Below, piece after piece: positions 23,200 through 37,529 of a stretch of 64,000 nt of DNA. A program made the position numbers and the translations under genes. Below the pieces are notes generated by a model. The model made no database searches, was not told the origin of the DNA, and saw nothing but the letters and a program-made list of their open reading frames with translations. Every line of letters starts with the position of its first letter. Position 1 is the stretch's first letter. The stretch is from Eledone cirrhosa (Eukaryota): assembly GCA_964016885.1 (NCBI GenBank), contig OZ024744.1, forward strand, positions 81,406,001 through 81,470,000. Direction: 5' to 3'.

Positions 23200-25113
23200 T
23201 CATCATCATCATCATCATCGTTTAACGTCCATCTTTCACGCTTGCATGGGTTTGGACGGGAGTTTTCCCACTTGAGGCAGGAGTGCTTGTCTTGCTCACA
23301 TAGGACTGTCTGGCGGGTTTTCTACGACTGGATGCCCTTCCTAACACCAACCACGTTTACAGTGTGGGACTGGGAGGTTTTTACCGTGTTGCCTACACGG
23401 CCACATTACAGCGTGGACTGCGTGTTTTTTTGTCGTGGCACCTACACGACCTCATTTGTTTCGGCCTGGATGTTGTGGCACCAACATAACTTTACATTGA
23501 AAGGGGTGGTGCGGATGGGGTGGGAGTAGTGGGACGGGGTGTATTTTATTAGAGGTGCTTACTGACTGTGGTAGGTTTCACTTTGTACTTAGGTAAGGCG
23601 GGTCTTCTGTATTACTGTGTAGCGCCAAAGATCTCGGTCCAGTGACATTGTCTTGGAGAGGTGTAAGTGAGTGAGGTCGGAATTTATCAAGTCATCCCAG
23701 GTTTTTCTGGGTCTGCCTACTCCGTGGCTACCGTCTATTTTTATTGCCCTGCACTTTTTTATACAGCTGTCGTCTTTCATGCGCATCACGTGACCATACC
23801 AACATAGTCTTCTCTCAAGTAAACAACATCTGATCCCTCTTATTTCTAATTTTTCCCTTAGTTCATTTATGCTTTGCCGTTCACATATATTACTATTACA
23901 CATCCAGCGGAGCATGCAAGCTTCGTTCCTCTCCAGTCTGCGTATATCCTCTGCACACAATGCCCAAGTCTCACTGCCATGTAACATTGCTGTTCGTATG
24001 CAGGCATCATACAGCCTGCCTTTCATTTTTAGAGAGAACCCTTTAGCGGCTAATAGTGGTATAAGCTCTCTGAACTTTTTCCATCCAGTTCTGACTCTAG
24101 CTACTGTACTTTCAGAGCACCCTCCACCACTGCTGATTTTGTCACCCAAGTAACGGAAGGTGTCCACTATTTCTATAGAACCATCTGTGCAATGGAATGA
24201 GCTAGTATGCATTTGGGACATAAAATGGAGTTTCTACCTACTCCTTTCCTACACACTGAGCATGGTCATTTCCCGGATGGGACCGGTGCCCTATTTTCCT
24301 TCCTACAAACTAGAACTTTAGTCTTAGACAGGTTAATTTTAAGGCCTTTTGATTCTAGGCCATGCTTCCATGTTTGGAATTTCTTCTCTAGTTCAGCCAT
24401 TGATTCAGCTATGAGCGTTAGATCATCTGCGTATAGGAGTTCCCATGGGCAGCCGGTCTTGAACTCCACTGTTATAGCCTGAAGGGCAATAATAAATAGT
24501 AGGGGGCTAAGAACGGAGCCCTGATGAACACCAACTTTTACGCTAAACTCTTCACTATATTCATTGTTAATTCTAACCTTGCTGACTGTTTCTTTATACA
24601 TGGCTTGTATAGCTCTCACAAGCCATTCATCAACACCTAGTTTTCTAAGAGCCCACCAGATAATGGAACGGGGGACTCTGTCAAAGGCTTTCTCCAAGTC
24701 AACAAAAGCTAAGTATAAGGGTTTACTTTTAGCTAGGTACTTCTCCTGTAGTTGTCGTACAATGATAAGAGCGTCTGTGGTACTTTTACCTGACACAAAC
24801 CCGAACTGCATTTCATCTAGATCAATTCGCTCTCTGATTAGTTGCGCTATTACTTTTTCTGTGACCTTCATGGCCTGGTCGATTAATTTAATGCCTCTAT
24901 AGTTACCCCTAGCTAGGGCATCTCCTTTACCCTTGTAGCAGTTAATGATGATGCTGCTACGCCAGTCCTTTGGAACAACCCCATTCTGTATGACTTGGTT
25001 TACTGTCCGGGTGACCATAGTGTGTCCCACCGTTCCAGAAGCTTTCAGCATCTCAGCAACTATTTCCGAAGGCCCAGCCGCCTTACCCATCTTCATATCT
25101 TTGAGTGCCTTAC
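23200..25113 (-). mobile_element. 5'-truncated RTE LINE with a deletion in the Cys-rich insert
   Basis: ORFs 24266-25138 and 23589-24221 match the 12314 ORF; (ATG)n tail. Confidence 0.92.
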
Positions 25114-25544
25114 TTATTATATATAAATATACACACAAGCACCCAGCCTACACTATAAAGTGGTCATATAGGAGACATGTCAAAAAGCAGCCACCACACA
25201 CTGTAAATGTGGTTGGCATTAGGAAGGGCATCCAGCCATAGAAAACCAGCCAGAAATAGTTCTAAATGAGCAAAACATGGTTACCTGACCCATCATGCCT
25301 CTAATGGTACAATCCATCTAACCCAAGTTAACATCTATCTTCCACGCTAACAAAATTGAGGCAAGATTGGTCAGGTGACCATGTCTCACTCGTATAGGAC
25401 TATCTGGAAGGTTTTCTATGGCTGGATACCCTTCCTAACACCAACCACATTTATATATATATATATATAAATGTTGGTGTTAGGAAGGGCATCCAGCCAT
25501 AGAAAACCTGCCAGATATATATTTATATAAAGAGACAGAGAGAG

Positions 25545-28380
25545 GTAGTACACTGGAAAGTAATATCCGTAGTGGTAGAGCACTCAGTCCATGGGACGAG
25601 TTAGGTAGGAGTGGTTACACAACAGTTAGTTCACCATACCAAGAACAATTGTTTCACCCTAGTGGAGCCTCAGCTCGTAATGGACATGGTTATACGGAAC
25701 AGGAAGGACAATCGTATGAATGCGCAGAAACGATCACTTCACCCAGGCAATACAAAATTGCGTGTGAGAGGTGTAAGGGAGATAACAGCGAAAGTCCGAA
25801 AGTTTCTAGTTGATAAAAAAATTAGGATGTTGTTGTAATTCAATCTGGAGCTTTGTAGTTATGTAAGAGGTGTTTCCAGACGTGTGGACAACGTGTGAAG
25901 AATTCATTCCTTGATTTTAGGCAACCGCTATTGCGTAATCTCTTTAGAATATTAATTCGTTCATCAATACATAGTCCACACGACGGATTGCCCCTTGCGT
26001 ATGGCTTGGACTTAGTGATGGCTTTCCATTGAATGGAGTAGTCTATAATCCTTGAGGGACCATACGGGGCTCACGAGTTTCGTGGATGATCGTTTGTTTG
26101 GGTACCTAAAGGTCGACTGATGGTTCAGGAACTATTCCTTAAATCGGCCCTCCGCCATACCCACATAGGATTTGACCTCCTGTGGTTGATTTGGTCGATT
26201 GGAAGTGACCACAGCTTCATAAACTATAGCGAGTGTGTTGCATTGTTGTTGAAGGGGACAAGCTTCAGGCTTTCGGCAAGTCACCCTGGTGGGTATTGCT
26301 CTTAGAGCTGTTGGTGATGTGGGCCTTCATATTTTAGTGCAGGAGTATCCTAGTTTTACTTTGTGTCTGTTAAAGATGGGGCGGTATTTGTGACCTATGG
26401 GAAAGTGTATGGCGGAGGTCCGATTTAAGAAAAACTTCCTGAACAATCAGTCGATCTTTAGGAACCCAGACAGACATTCATCCACGAAAATCGCGAGCTA
26501 CGTATGGTCCCTCAAGGACTCAAGTATAGACTACTCCATTCAATGGAAAGCCATCACTAAGTCCAAGCCATACACAAGGGGCAATCCGTCATGTGGACTA
26601 TGTATTGATGAATGAATAAATATTCTAAAGAGATTACGCAATAGTGATTGCCTAAACTCGAGAAATGAATTCTTCACACATTGTCCACACATCTGGAAAC
26701 ACCTCTAACATAACTACAAAGCTCTGGATTGAATTACAACAACATCCTAATTTTCTTATCAACTAGAAACTTTCGGACTTTAGCAGTTATCACTCTGGTG
26801 GGGTGTTGCTCTTAGGGCTGTTGGTGATGTGGGCCTTCATATTTTTAGTGCAGGCGTATCCTAGTTTTACTTTGTGACTGTTAAAGATGGAGCGGTATTT
26901 GTGACCTATGGGAAAGTGTCTATCTAAGAGGGCTAGAAATGTTTTTCCTACATTGGTTTTAATGTTGAGTGATAAAGGAGGAGGGAACCAGATAGTTTGT
27001 CTATTGTTATGCTTTCTTTTCTTATTGCTGTTGTTGTTAGTGGGAGAGTAAGTGATAGGTTGCGAGAAGCTGCTGTTAGCTAATGCTGTGTTATAGTAGG
27101 GTGCCACATGGTTGGAGGGTGTCACTCCCTCCAACCATGTTTACCAAAAGATGTCGCCAGATGCTTAAGATGGCGTGCCCTAGCTTTTGATGGCAAAATT
27201 ACAGGCACTAGTAATTTCAACCCAAAATCAAGAACCTACCCTTTTAAGGTAACTGAACTTGCTTCTTTTAAGCGGACCTTCTTGACTTAGTCACTAACAT
27301 TTCCTTTCGCAAACACCCTAACACCTTTCAAACTAAACTTAGAAATGATATTAAGAAATTTAGGTCTTGTAATAACACTTTCGTTCTTTCTGACAAAACC
27401 AATAATGTTTACGAAATCGACAACACTACTTACAGCCACTTGGCCCATAACGCTATTACTTCCAAATATAATACTCCTGTAGTTGATTTGGTCGGTTGGA
27501 AGTGACCACAGCTTCATAAACTACAGCGGGTGTGTTGCATTGCTGTTGAAGGGGACACGCTTCGGGCTTACGGCAAGAGCACCCTGGTGGGGTGTTGCTC
27601 TTAGAGCTGTTGGTGATGTGGGCCTTCATGTTCTTAGCGCAGGAATATCCTAGTTTTACTTTGTGTCTGTTAAAGATGGAGCGGTATTTATGACCTATGG
27701 GAAAGTGTCTATCTAAGAGGGCTAGAAATTTTTTGCCTACATTGGTTTTAACGTTGAGTGAGAAGGGAGGAGAGAACCAGATAGTTTGTCTATTGTTACA
27801 CTTTCTTTTCATGTTGTTTTTGTTGTTAGTGGGAGAGTAAGTGATAGGTTGGGAGAAGCCGGTGTTAGCTAACGCCGTGTTATAGTAGGGTGCCGCTCTG
27901 TCAAAGATAGACTTATTAGAGGAGAGGTTTGAGATTCTAGTACTGATATTATTTACAAAGTTTCTAAAAACAGTGGGAGGGTGGTATGAGTCCTTGTGAA
28001 TGTAATTGAGTTCTTCGTTAAGTTTATGGAAGGGTCTGTAGGTGTGTGTGCAAAGGTCTAAATTAATGTCTAAGAAATCTACGCTAGAGAGGTTGGTAGC
28101 TACTGTTATCCTAAGTCCTAACTCATTGAAGACTGAAGTGAAGTCTTTTTTAAACCGGTCGAGGTCGTGACCACTTTTATGGCTCAATAAGGTCAGTCCA
28201 TCGTCGCGGTATATTCCCGTGTGGAAGCCCAGTGCCTGGGTCAAGTGATCGTTTCTGCACATGCGCGTTTGTATGGTTGTCCTTCCTGTTCCGTATAACC
28301 ATGTCCATTACGAGCTGAGGATCTGCTAAGGTGAAACAATTGTTCTCGGTATGGTGAACTAACTGTTGTGTAACCACTTC
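25545..28380. mobile_element. Rearranged Penelope-like element, six segments of alternating orientation
   Basis: RT GIYRDDGL..VDFLDI, Cys linker CSCRKPEACPLQQQC, GIY-YIG-like VYEAVV..SYVG; inverted pLTRs at 25609-25749 and 28233-28380. Confidence 0.9.
28311..28348 (+). ncRNA. Type I hammerhead motif in a pLTR (decayed minus-strand copy at ~25640-25677)
   Basis: CGAG-CTGAGGA-tctgctaaggt-GAAA-CAATTG-TT-CTCG; palindromic stem III. Confidence 0.75.
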
Positions 28381-28385
28381 TATAT

Positions 28386-30250
28386 ATCATCATCATCACT
28401 TTACATCCGCTTTTCCCTGCTTGCAAGGGTGGGATGGGTCTTATTCCACACAGTATCTCTCCACTCGTCACGGTCCTTCGTCATCTCCACCGTGAGCTTC
28501 AGCGATCTGAGGTCTGTTCACACCACCTCCGCCCATGTTTTTCGTGGTCTACCTCTACCACGTCTTCCTTCAACTGGCATTTCCTAGCACTTCTTCACCC
28601 ATCAGTCATCCTCCATGCGCATCACATGTCCATACCACTGCAGTCTCCTCTCTCGCACACTACATTCTATCCCTCTCAGACACAATTTCTCTCTCAACAC
28701 ATCCATGCTGGGTCGTTCACGCACATTGACATTGCACATCCAATGGAGCATGCTTGTCTCATTTCTCTCCAACCGTTGCATATCCTCTGCAGTTGCTTCC
28801 CATGTCTCACTACCATGCAGCATCACGCTCCTCACACAGGCATCATATAACCGGCCTTTCGTATGCAGGGAGAAACCCTTCTTTGTCAGCAGAAGGAGCA
28901 GCTCCCTAAACGTCTTCCAATCTGTCCTTATTCTAGATACTATGGCCTCGGAACACCCCCTCCCATGCTAATCTGATCTCCTAGGTACCGGAAGCTATCC
29001 ACCACTGCTATAGAAACCGCCTGCATTTGAAAAGTGTGTCTATCAATGCGACTTCTACTGTCTAATTTCCTTGTACATCTACTGCATATGCATTTCTCCC
29101 TACCTGTTAGTTTGCCTGCTATCACACTACATCTCTTGTGTACCCAGGAACTGCATTATGTGCATTTTATAGAATTTATGCCAGTTCCTTTTCTGCATAT
29201 CGAACATGGCCATTTCCCTGACAGAATCAGAGTTTTGTCCTCTTTTCTACTCATCAACACTTTTGTCTTAGCTAGGTTCACTCTCAGTCCTCTTGCCTCC
29301 AACTGCTCTTTCCATAGCCAGAATTTATTCTCTAGCTCCTCTACTGATTCTGCTATAAGAACAGGATCGTCAGCATAGAGAAGTTCCCATGGACAGCCAG
29401 TCTTAAACTCCTCTGTTATGACTTGGAGGACTATAATGAACAAGAGTGGGCTGAGGATGAACCTTGATGTACTCCTACTTGTATCTGGAATTCCTCACTA
29501 AACTCCATTCCTACCCTGACTTTACTGACAGCACCTCTGTACAAAGTTTGCACTGTCCTCACAAGCCATTCTTCAACAACTAGTTTCTTTAGGGACCACC
29601 AGATGACAGATCGGGGTACCCTATAAAAGGTCTTCTCTAGGTCAACAAAGGCTAAGTATAGTGGCTTATTTTTCTCTAAGAACCTCTCTTGTAATTGTCT
29701 CACCAAGAAGAGGACATCTGTTGTACTTTTGCCAGGCACAAAATCAAACTGCATCTCATCTAGTTTGACCCTTTCTCTAATTAGTTGTGCTAATATCCTT
29801 TCTGCACTTTCATAACCTGATCCATCAGTTTTATACCCCTATAATTGCTCCTCTCCAAAGCATCCCCTTTACCTTTGTAGCAATTTATGAGAATACAGCT
29901 GCACCAGTCTTTGGGTATGACACCACCATATATAGCCTGATTGATGATGCGTGCAACCAGTTTAGTGCCTACGTCCCCTGACGCCTTCAGCATCTCAGCA
30001 ACTATTCCCGATGGTCCAGCAGCCTTACCTTTTTTTCATTTCCTTAATCGCCTCTTGGACCCTATATTCATCAATCTCAATAGCTGGTCCCTCTGTCGGA
30101 TCTACTGGGGGTAATTTCTCTCTCTCCCAATCATTCTCCACATTAACCAGTCTCTCATAATGACATTTCCAGGCCTCCTTTTTCTGATCATTCGTGACAC
30201 TAAGTACACCGGCATCATTCCGGACACATTTATCTCCAACAACATCCTGA
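28386..30250 (-). mobile_element. 5'-truncated decayed RTE LINE, different subfamily
   Basis: [30 protein letters not shown]; very short 3' UTR and (ATG)n. Confidence 0.9.
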
Positions 30251-30665
<415 letters not shown>

Positions 30666-31049
30666 ATATATCATCATCATCATCATCATCATCATTTTAC
30701 GTCTGCTTTTCCCTGCTTGCATATATATATATATAAATACACACATTTAGTTACCTATACTGAAGAAAATATCTTAGTATCTTAGCCTTAAATAACGTAA
30801 GAGAAGGTACCACTTGTATCCAAAATTACAAAGAAATTTCCCTATTAGACATTGTGATAGCTGCCAGTTTTACAAGCTAATGAGATTTTAGGTTCATATT
30901 TTCACGAAAAGAATTGATTAAAAAAAACATATTAATAAAGAAATAAAATGAAAACATTTGAAGATGAAAAGTATAATTGGTTTGAGTGGCAGGTTGACTG
31001 GTTGGTTAGTACAAAAACATCAAGTGATTTCTTTGTTTATTTTGCATTT

Positions 31050-31153
31050 TAATCACCACCACCACCACCACCATCATCATCACCATCATCATCATCATCA
31101 TCATCATAATCGTCATCCTTATCATCATAATCATCATTATCATTATTATTATC

Positions 31154-31188
<35 letters not shown>

Positions 31189-32070
31189 TATTATCATCAT
31201 CATTACCATCAACATCATCATCATTATCATTATTATCATTACCATCACCATCATCATCATCATCATCATCATCATCATTATCATCATCATCATCATCGTC
31301 ACCATCAACATCATCATTATTATCATCATCATCATTATCATTATTACCATTATTAACATCATCATCATCGCCGTCCCCATCATCACCATTATTATCATCG
31401 TCGTCGTTGTCATCATCATCACCATCATTGCCATCATTAATATTATCGTCATCATCATCAACACCATCATCATCATCATCTCCAACATCATCATTATTAT
31501 CGTCATCATCATCATCCCCATCATCAACATCCTTATCGTTGTCATCATCAACGTCATCATCAAAATCATCGTCATTATCACCAGCACCATCATCATCATT
31601 ATCATCATCATCACCATCATCATCATTATCATCATCATCACCATCATCATCACCATCATCATCATCGTCATCACCATCATCATCATCATCATCATTGCTA
31701 CCCTTACAACCATTATCTTCACCATTATCCCCTTTATCTTCATCACCATCACCATCAATACCAACACCACCATCATAACCACTACCACCACCACTACCAG
31801 TATAACCACCACCAGCATAACCACAACCATCAGCATAAGCACCACCCACATAACCACCACCACCAGCATAACCAACACCATCACCACCATCACCACCATC
31901 ATCACCACCACCATCACCACCACCATCACCACCATCACCACCACCATCACCACCAGTATAACAACCAACACCAACACCACCATCACCACCACCACTACCC
32001 CCCACCCCCACCCCACCCTCCACCACCACCACCACCATTACTACTATCATCCTCATCATCACCATCACTA
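31050..32070. repeat. Compound (CAT)n/(CAC)n trinucleotide repeat, ~1 kb
   Basis: Direct reading; gradient from CAT/TAT to CAC. Confidence 0.95.
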
Positions 32071-32537
32071 TTGTTGTTTTGAGTATTAGCCAAACACCAG
32101 TGAAAAAAAAAACCACATAAATAAATAAACAAATAAACAAATAAATAAATAAATAAATAAAATAAAATAAAGTTAGTGAGGTTGTGAGCGAGTATACGCA
32201 GCATACGCAACATACGCAGCATACGCAGCATACGCAATATTAACTGTGAGACTACAGCCAAAGTCAGTTGCACATGACAGAATTCTTTTTCTTTTTCTTT
32301 TTTTTTTTTTTTTTTTTTTTAGTTGATTGCAATTTGTTATAGTCGTATCCAGCTAACTGTCTGTGCTAAATTATAATGATATCATTAGTGAACGTTAGAA
32401 GAAGAAAATTTAAAAAAATAAATTAAAAAAATACAACACATAGGAAAGACTGGAAGGAAAGGTAAAAAAAATATAAATAAAAAAGTTGAGTGTGTGTAAA
32501 GAAATTAGCTTTTTTTTGTTTGTTTGTGTTTTGTATC

Positions 32538-32584
<47 letters not shown>

Positions 32585-32585
<1 letters not shown>

Positions 32586-35190
32586 GGCAGTGGGTAGTGG
32601 GGTTGGGGTGTGTGGGTTTGTCTGAAATATTGGGATGATGTCCAGCGCAGCATAAGCCATGGCTGTAGGGTTGTAAAAAATACTGGATTTGAGTCCAGCA
32701 CAGGATACCCATTTCAATTTTAAGGGTAGCAGAACCCCTTTGAGTCTGTTTAGGCAAACCCTTCTAGAGCTAATATCTAACCCCACCCCACCCCACCCGA
32801 AAAAAAAAACGAAAAAAACATACATTTGTGGTTGTGACCACTTTTCCTCTTAATGAGTGTAATGAACTCAAACAATACTGAACAGAACAGTGAGTGTGAA
32901 TAGGGCTAGAATATTATGTGAAGGTTCCTCACTCAGTTAGGTGTCCCATGGGTGAGCAGCATGAGTTTGGTTGTCAACCTATTACTGCTGGAAAGAACTG
33001 GATGGACAAAGAGAATAAATAGAACTGTCATGAAGTGCTTCTATTTAAGTAGACTATTTGATGATGAAGGAAAATAATGTATAACATCTCGAATGAAGGA
33101 CAAGGTATGAAACTGACAGAACAGATGTTGTGTGACTAAACAAGGATAATTAGGAAGAATGGATGGCTAACAGCACTTGAACTAGAAGTGTTAAAAAGGA
33201 GGGGAAAAGGGGGGGGGGGATTGAAGGAGAGAATGTGGCAGAAAAGAAGGTTGAAGTTATAAATGCTGAAGAAAACTAGAAGAGTTAAAAAGGAGGGTGA
33301 TGGACGAAGAAAGGAGAACTAAAGGAGAGAATGTGGTAGAAGAGAAGGTTGAAGTTGTAAATGCTGAAGAAATGCCATTGAGTGATAATAACAGGTAAAT
33401 AGATGTGACGGAATGACTATTGGAAATAGGAAAAAACTTAAGTGAAGAGGATAATCGTATGATTGACGATATTGTAGAACTGATGGCTAATGGTTTAAAA
33501 GAATTGACAGAAGTCTACTTAGGGAATAAACGAAATAGGTGAATGGAGTGTTATCTGAAATAGACATATAACAACAGCAACAAACAACCTTATCAAAGCA
33601 TGCAGCCTTTATATTGGAAGAAAAAGTAGGTTTTAAAACAAACTAAAGAAGAGACTATGAAGATAAAGAACCATGATAGAAAAGGAAAATAGAGCAGGCT
33701 ATTAAGGAAATCAGAAAAAATATCAGCATTTCAAACTAAAAGAAATGAGGCACAATTAGGAGGAAGGAGAAATACCAGGAACTTAAATGTAAATGCAGGA
33801 TTAAAACTAAGGCTACAGATGTAGTTTTGGAAAAACTTAAACAGGGAATACAGACTAAAGCCACCAAAATTAGGAGGTATGAACAGAAGATAGATCAATA
33901 TAAGATCAACAAAATGTTCCAATAGGATCAAAGAAGAGTTTACCAACAGCTGAATGGACAGAGAGTAGACAACAATGAGAAACTGGATGCTAAAGAAAGT
34001 AAAATATTCTGGAGTAACATCTGGAATTGTAGTAAAGGCCATGAAAAATGTAACACGTGGATTTGGGAATGGTGTGGATCAATTGTAGGAGGTAATTAAT
34101 GAATTTGGAATGGTGTAGATTGATTATAAAAAGCTTATGATATGGTCCCCCATTCCTGGATCTTAGAAAGTTTAGATACAAGTTTCAGACAACATAGTGA
34201 ATTTTATTAAGAAATCAATGAATAATTACCGAACAGAACTAACCTTGTATGGCGAATTTCTGGCAAAGGTAAACATCAAGAGAGGTGTATTTCAAGGTGA
34301 TAGCTTATCATTGTTGTTTGTTATTTGCATGATACCTCTTACACAAATCTTATAGAAGGCTCAGGCAGGGGACACCTTAAAAAGTAGGGAAAAAGCTGAA
34401 CCATTTGATCTTTATTTGAAGGTCTTCACTAAAAGTGAGAATGAGATAAATGGATTGGTTTCAACACTAGATATTCAGTAGGAATATTAGAATGGAGTTT
34501 GGTATTAAGAAATGTAGGGTATTAATCATGAAGAGGGGAAATGTGGTTACATCTGAAGGGGCTGAGTTGCCCAATGGGGAAAGAATCACGGACATTCAAG
34601 AAGCAGGATATACATATCTGGATGTATTAGAATAGGATCAGATTAATAGAAAGGAGGAATTTTCAAAGGAATACAAGAATACAAATGAAAGGTGTACTTT
34701 AGTTGAAATTTAATGGCAGGTTTAAGATAATGGTAATTAATTCATGGGTGGGTGATGATCATACAGCGTGATAACATAAGAACAGCAAGGAGACCTGACA
34801 TAGGTTGTGATAGAAATAAATAGAGAGGATATGTATAATTATTGATGTTGCCATTCCTGGAGATGAGAAGAGCCACCCAAAAGAAACAGAAAATTTATAA
34901 GTACCAGGACCTTAGAATTAAAGTCCAAATAATATGGAACATTAGAAAGGTTGAAATCATACCAATAGTGATAGGTGTGCTTGGTTGTGTGACCAAAAAC
35001 TTGGATAGAAAAGCTTGGGATCCAGATAAAGGTAGTATTCCTCCAGAAAACAACACTTCCTGGAATAACTAGAATTTTGAGAAGGTGATGGGAACATTAA
35101 CCCCAGGAGAAAGTAACCAAGCGTTCCTAGTTATGATCCTTCCTCTTGATTTAGTAATGCAGAAAAATAATAGCTTGAGAAAGAAGAAAT
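32585..35190 (+). pseudogene. Decayed Dong/R4-type (RLE endonuclease) LINE
   Basis: GVFQGDSLS..FVICMIPLT, MEFGIKKC, RPDI..IIDVAIPGD..KYQDL..IIPIVIGVLG; starts after (TAA)n; 5' boundary uncertain. Confidence 0.75.
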
Positions 35191-35347
35191 AATAATTGTT
35201 TCTACTTTTGCACAAGGCCAGCAATTATCTCAATGTATTACTGGTACTTTATTTTATTGACCCTGTAAGGATGAAAGGCAAAGTTAACCTCGGCGGGATT
35301 TGAACTCAGACCATAACTCTTTGCTGTAATAATAATAATAATAATAA

Positions 35348-36920
35348 TGCTTTCTTTATTAACCACAAGGGTTAACAAAGTATAGCATTAGGGACAGCAG
35401 AGGTCAGTACAAATAGGCATTTCTGCATGTAAAAAAAAACAAAAATAAAATTATATATATAAAAAACAAAAATAAAGGATGTAACAAAAGAAGAAACAAG
35501 GAAAAATAGTGGGGAGACTCATGGAGAAAGCCCACAAAAAACCACAGTCACCCTGACTGCAAGGGCAAGCGCCCTCTTCTAGTTTTCCTCCTATAATACT
35601 ACAGGCACACACTCATGGCAGACACTACATGCCCATTCACAAGGGCCATTAGAAGCTGAGCAAAGAAACAATAATAATAATTTCTTTATTAGCCACACAG
35701 GGCTCACATTAAGGAAACATTAAAGGCAGTACAGGACGATACAGTGTGGGTTTTTTGGTGTAAAATAAAATTTATAACACTCACCTTTGAGGTGAGGAGG
35801 CTCCAAGAGACACTCACGGAGAAATCCCACAAAAGCTATGATGACACTGTCCACTAGGGTAAAGTGCCCTCTCCCAGTTGTTCTCCTCCGATCTACAAGC
35901 ATATGCTCAAGGCAGGCCCATTCACACGCACCATGATCACCACTCTCACCCACCTTTCAACAAATTGGTTGGAAGACAGCACTTCCCTCTCCACCCTGAT
36001 TTTCCTCTTCAAGTAAAACCTGAAAAAGTTAATCAGAGCTTCACCGAAGAGGAAAGTAGCTCTCATGAACTCTTTCGTTATGGCCACCAGGCAGATAAAA
36101 ACTGCCTGTCCTTCTCCTCTAAAAGAAGACAACGCAGCGATCTTCACAATGGACTTAGTTGATAGTCGGATCCGTCCTACACATGACAGCAGGTACTTGA
36201 CATAAACCCATGGGTCAGCAATACTCAGACACTCAATGAGTGCATGCAGGATAGTTTCATTGCCCTGTGCACACCTCAGACAGGCCTGGCTGACAGAACT
36301 TCCATGCTTGTAGAGTTTATCTCGAACTGGCAATGTTCATCGGTAGCTCTGCCAGGGGAGGGACTTCTGGAAGTTATCCATGCACCCTGAACCGAAAGTT
36401 CTCTGGAAAAGAGTGACTAGTGATTTTCAACAATGCCCAGAGTTTCCCCATGGATGTCGTTGCTCTTACCCTCCACTAACTCTCTATAGAATACTAAGGT
36501 GGAGTTTCCACCGATCATACTGCCCGATTAGCTGAGGGCTGTGAGCACTTGAAGACTTCCAGTCCCCAAGCACTCTCTCTTGGTCTTCGCTTGACCCAAG
36601 ACTGCAGCTCTGTTAAGGAGATGAGCTGGTGAAAAACATGTCAAGCGAATGGCGACCAAACCTGTTCACCATCTAGGGAAAGTTGGAGATGTTGTAGCCT
36701 CAGTACATGTTTGCGCATCATCAGCCATGGCATACCCAGTCCTCCATGTTGCGGGTGTTGGCAGCAGATGGACCGCCTGACCAGTGGAATCTGACCTCTC
36801 CACGAAAAAGCAAAAGACTAGATGTTTGAATGCAGTCAGACATGGGCTAGTACAAGGCATGACGGCCAGGCAGCAGTAGATGATGGACTCGATGTATGCA
36901 TTTGCCACCTCTGCCGACCT
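35348..36920 (-). pseudogene. L1/Tx1-clade LINE 3' fragments with two tandem 3' ends
   Basis: LPVRDKL..CLRC..ETILHALIEC CCHC knuckle; GTGG(C/T)TAATAAAGAAA ends at ~35350 and ~35682 running into (TTA)n. Confidence 0.8.
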
Positions 36921-37037
36921 AGTATTTACCCTTTGTTTAATAATTTTTGATATAATCAGAGTAAACTGATATCAAAAAAGATTAAGTAAACAACACATCC
37001 TATTAGACAGGATGTGTTGTTAGCCTATCATAAATAT

Positions 37038-37225
37038 AATTGTTTCTACTTTTGGCACAAGGCCAGCAATTACCCAGTGGAGTACTGGTACTTTATTTTA
37101 TCGACCCTGTAAGGATGAAAGGCAAAGTTAACCTCGGCGGGATTTGAACTCGGAATGGCAAGGGCTGTAACTCTATGCATCAAAGCAAGGCATCCGACCC
37201 TCCACCGATACTGCCAATCCACCGT
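37038..37225 (-). mobile_element. MetaSINE-like SINE
   Basis: A/B boxes and core. Confidence 0.85.
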
Positions 37226-37529
37226 AAATATAATTGATAAATATTATTGATGACTATTTCCTACTGTGAGGAAGAGGTGTAGTTTCCCTTCAGATATGGC
37301 TGACCATGGGTTTATACTTAGAATGCTCCCTTCTAAGGCACAAGCCCAAGCAAAGTGGTTTTTTTTTGTGAAATACGAGCAGTCACCCATACATACTAGT
37401 CTTCCTCTCTCCATACAACCAATCTTATCCAAGGGAAAGACAAAGACCGATACAGCTTGGTACCAGTGACTTCACAACTCATCAATACACTATATATATA
37501 CTATGTAGTAATAATAAATGTGAAGACTA

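Noticed and set aside
30958-32016. Poly-His, poly-Met and poly-Ser ORFs as genes
   Set aside because: Alternative frames of the (CAT)n tract.
32193-32237. 9-bp GCATACGCA repeat (x5) as a regulatory array
   Set aside because: Nothing beyond a short tandem repeat supports a function.
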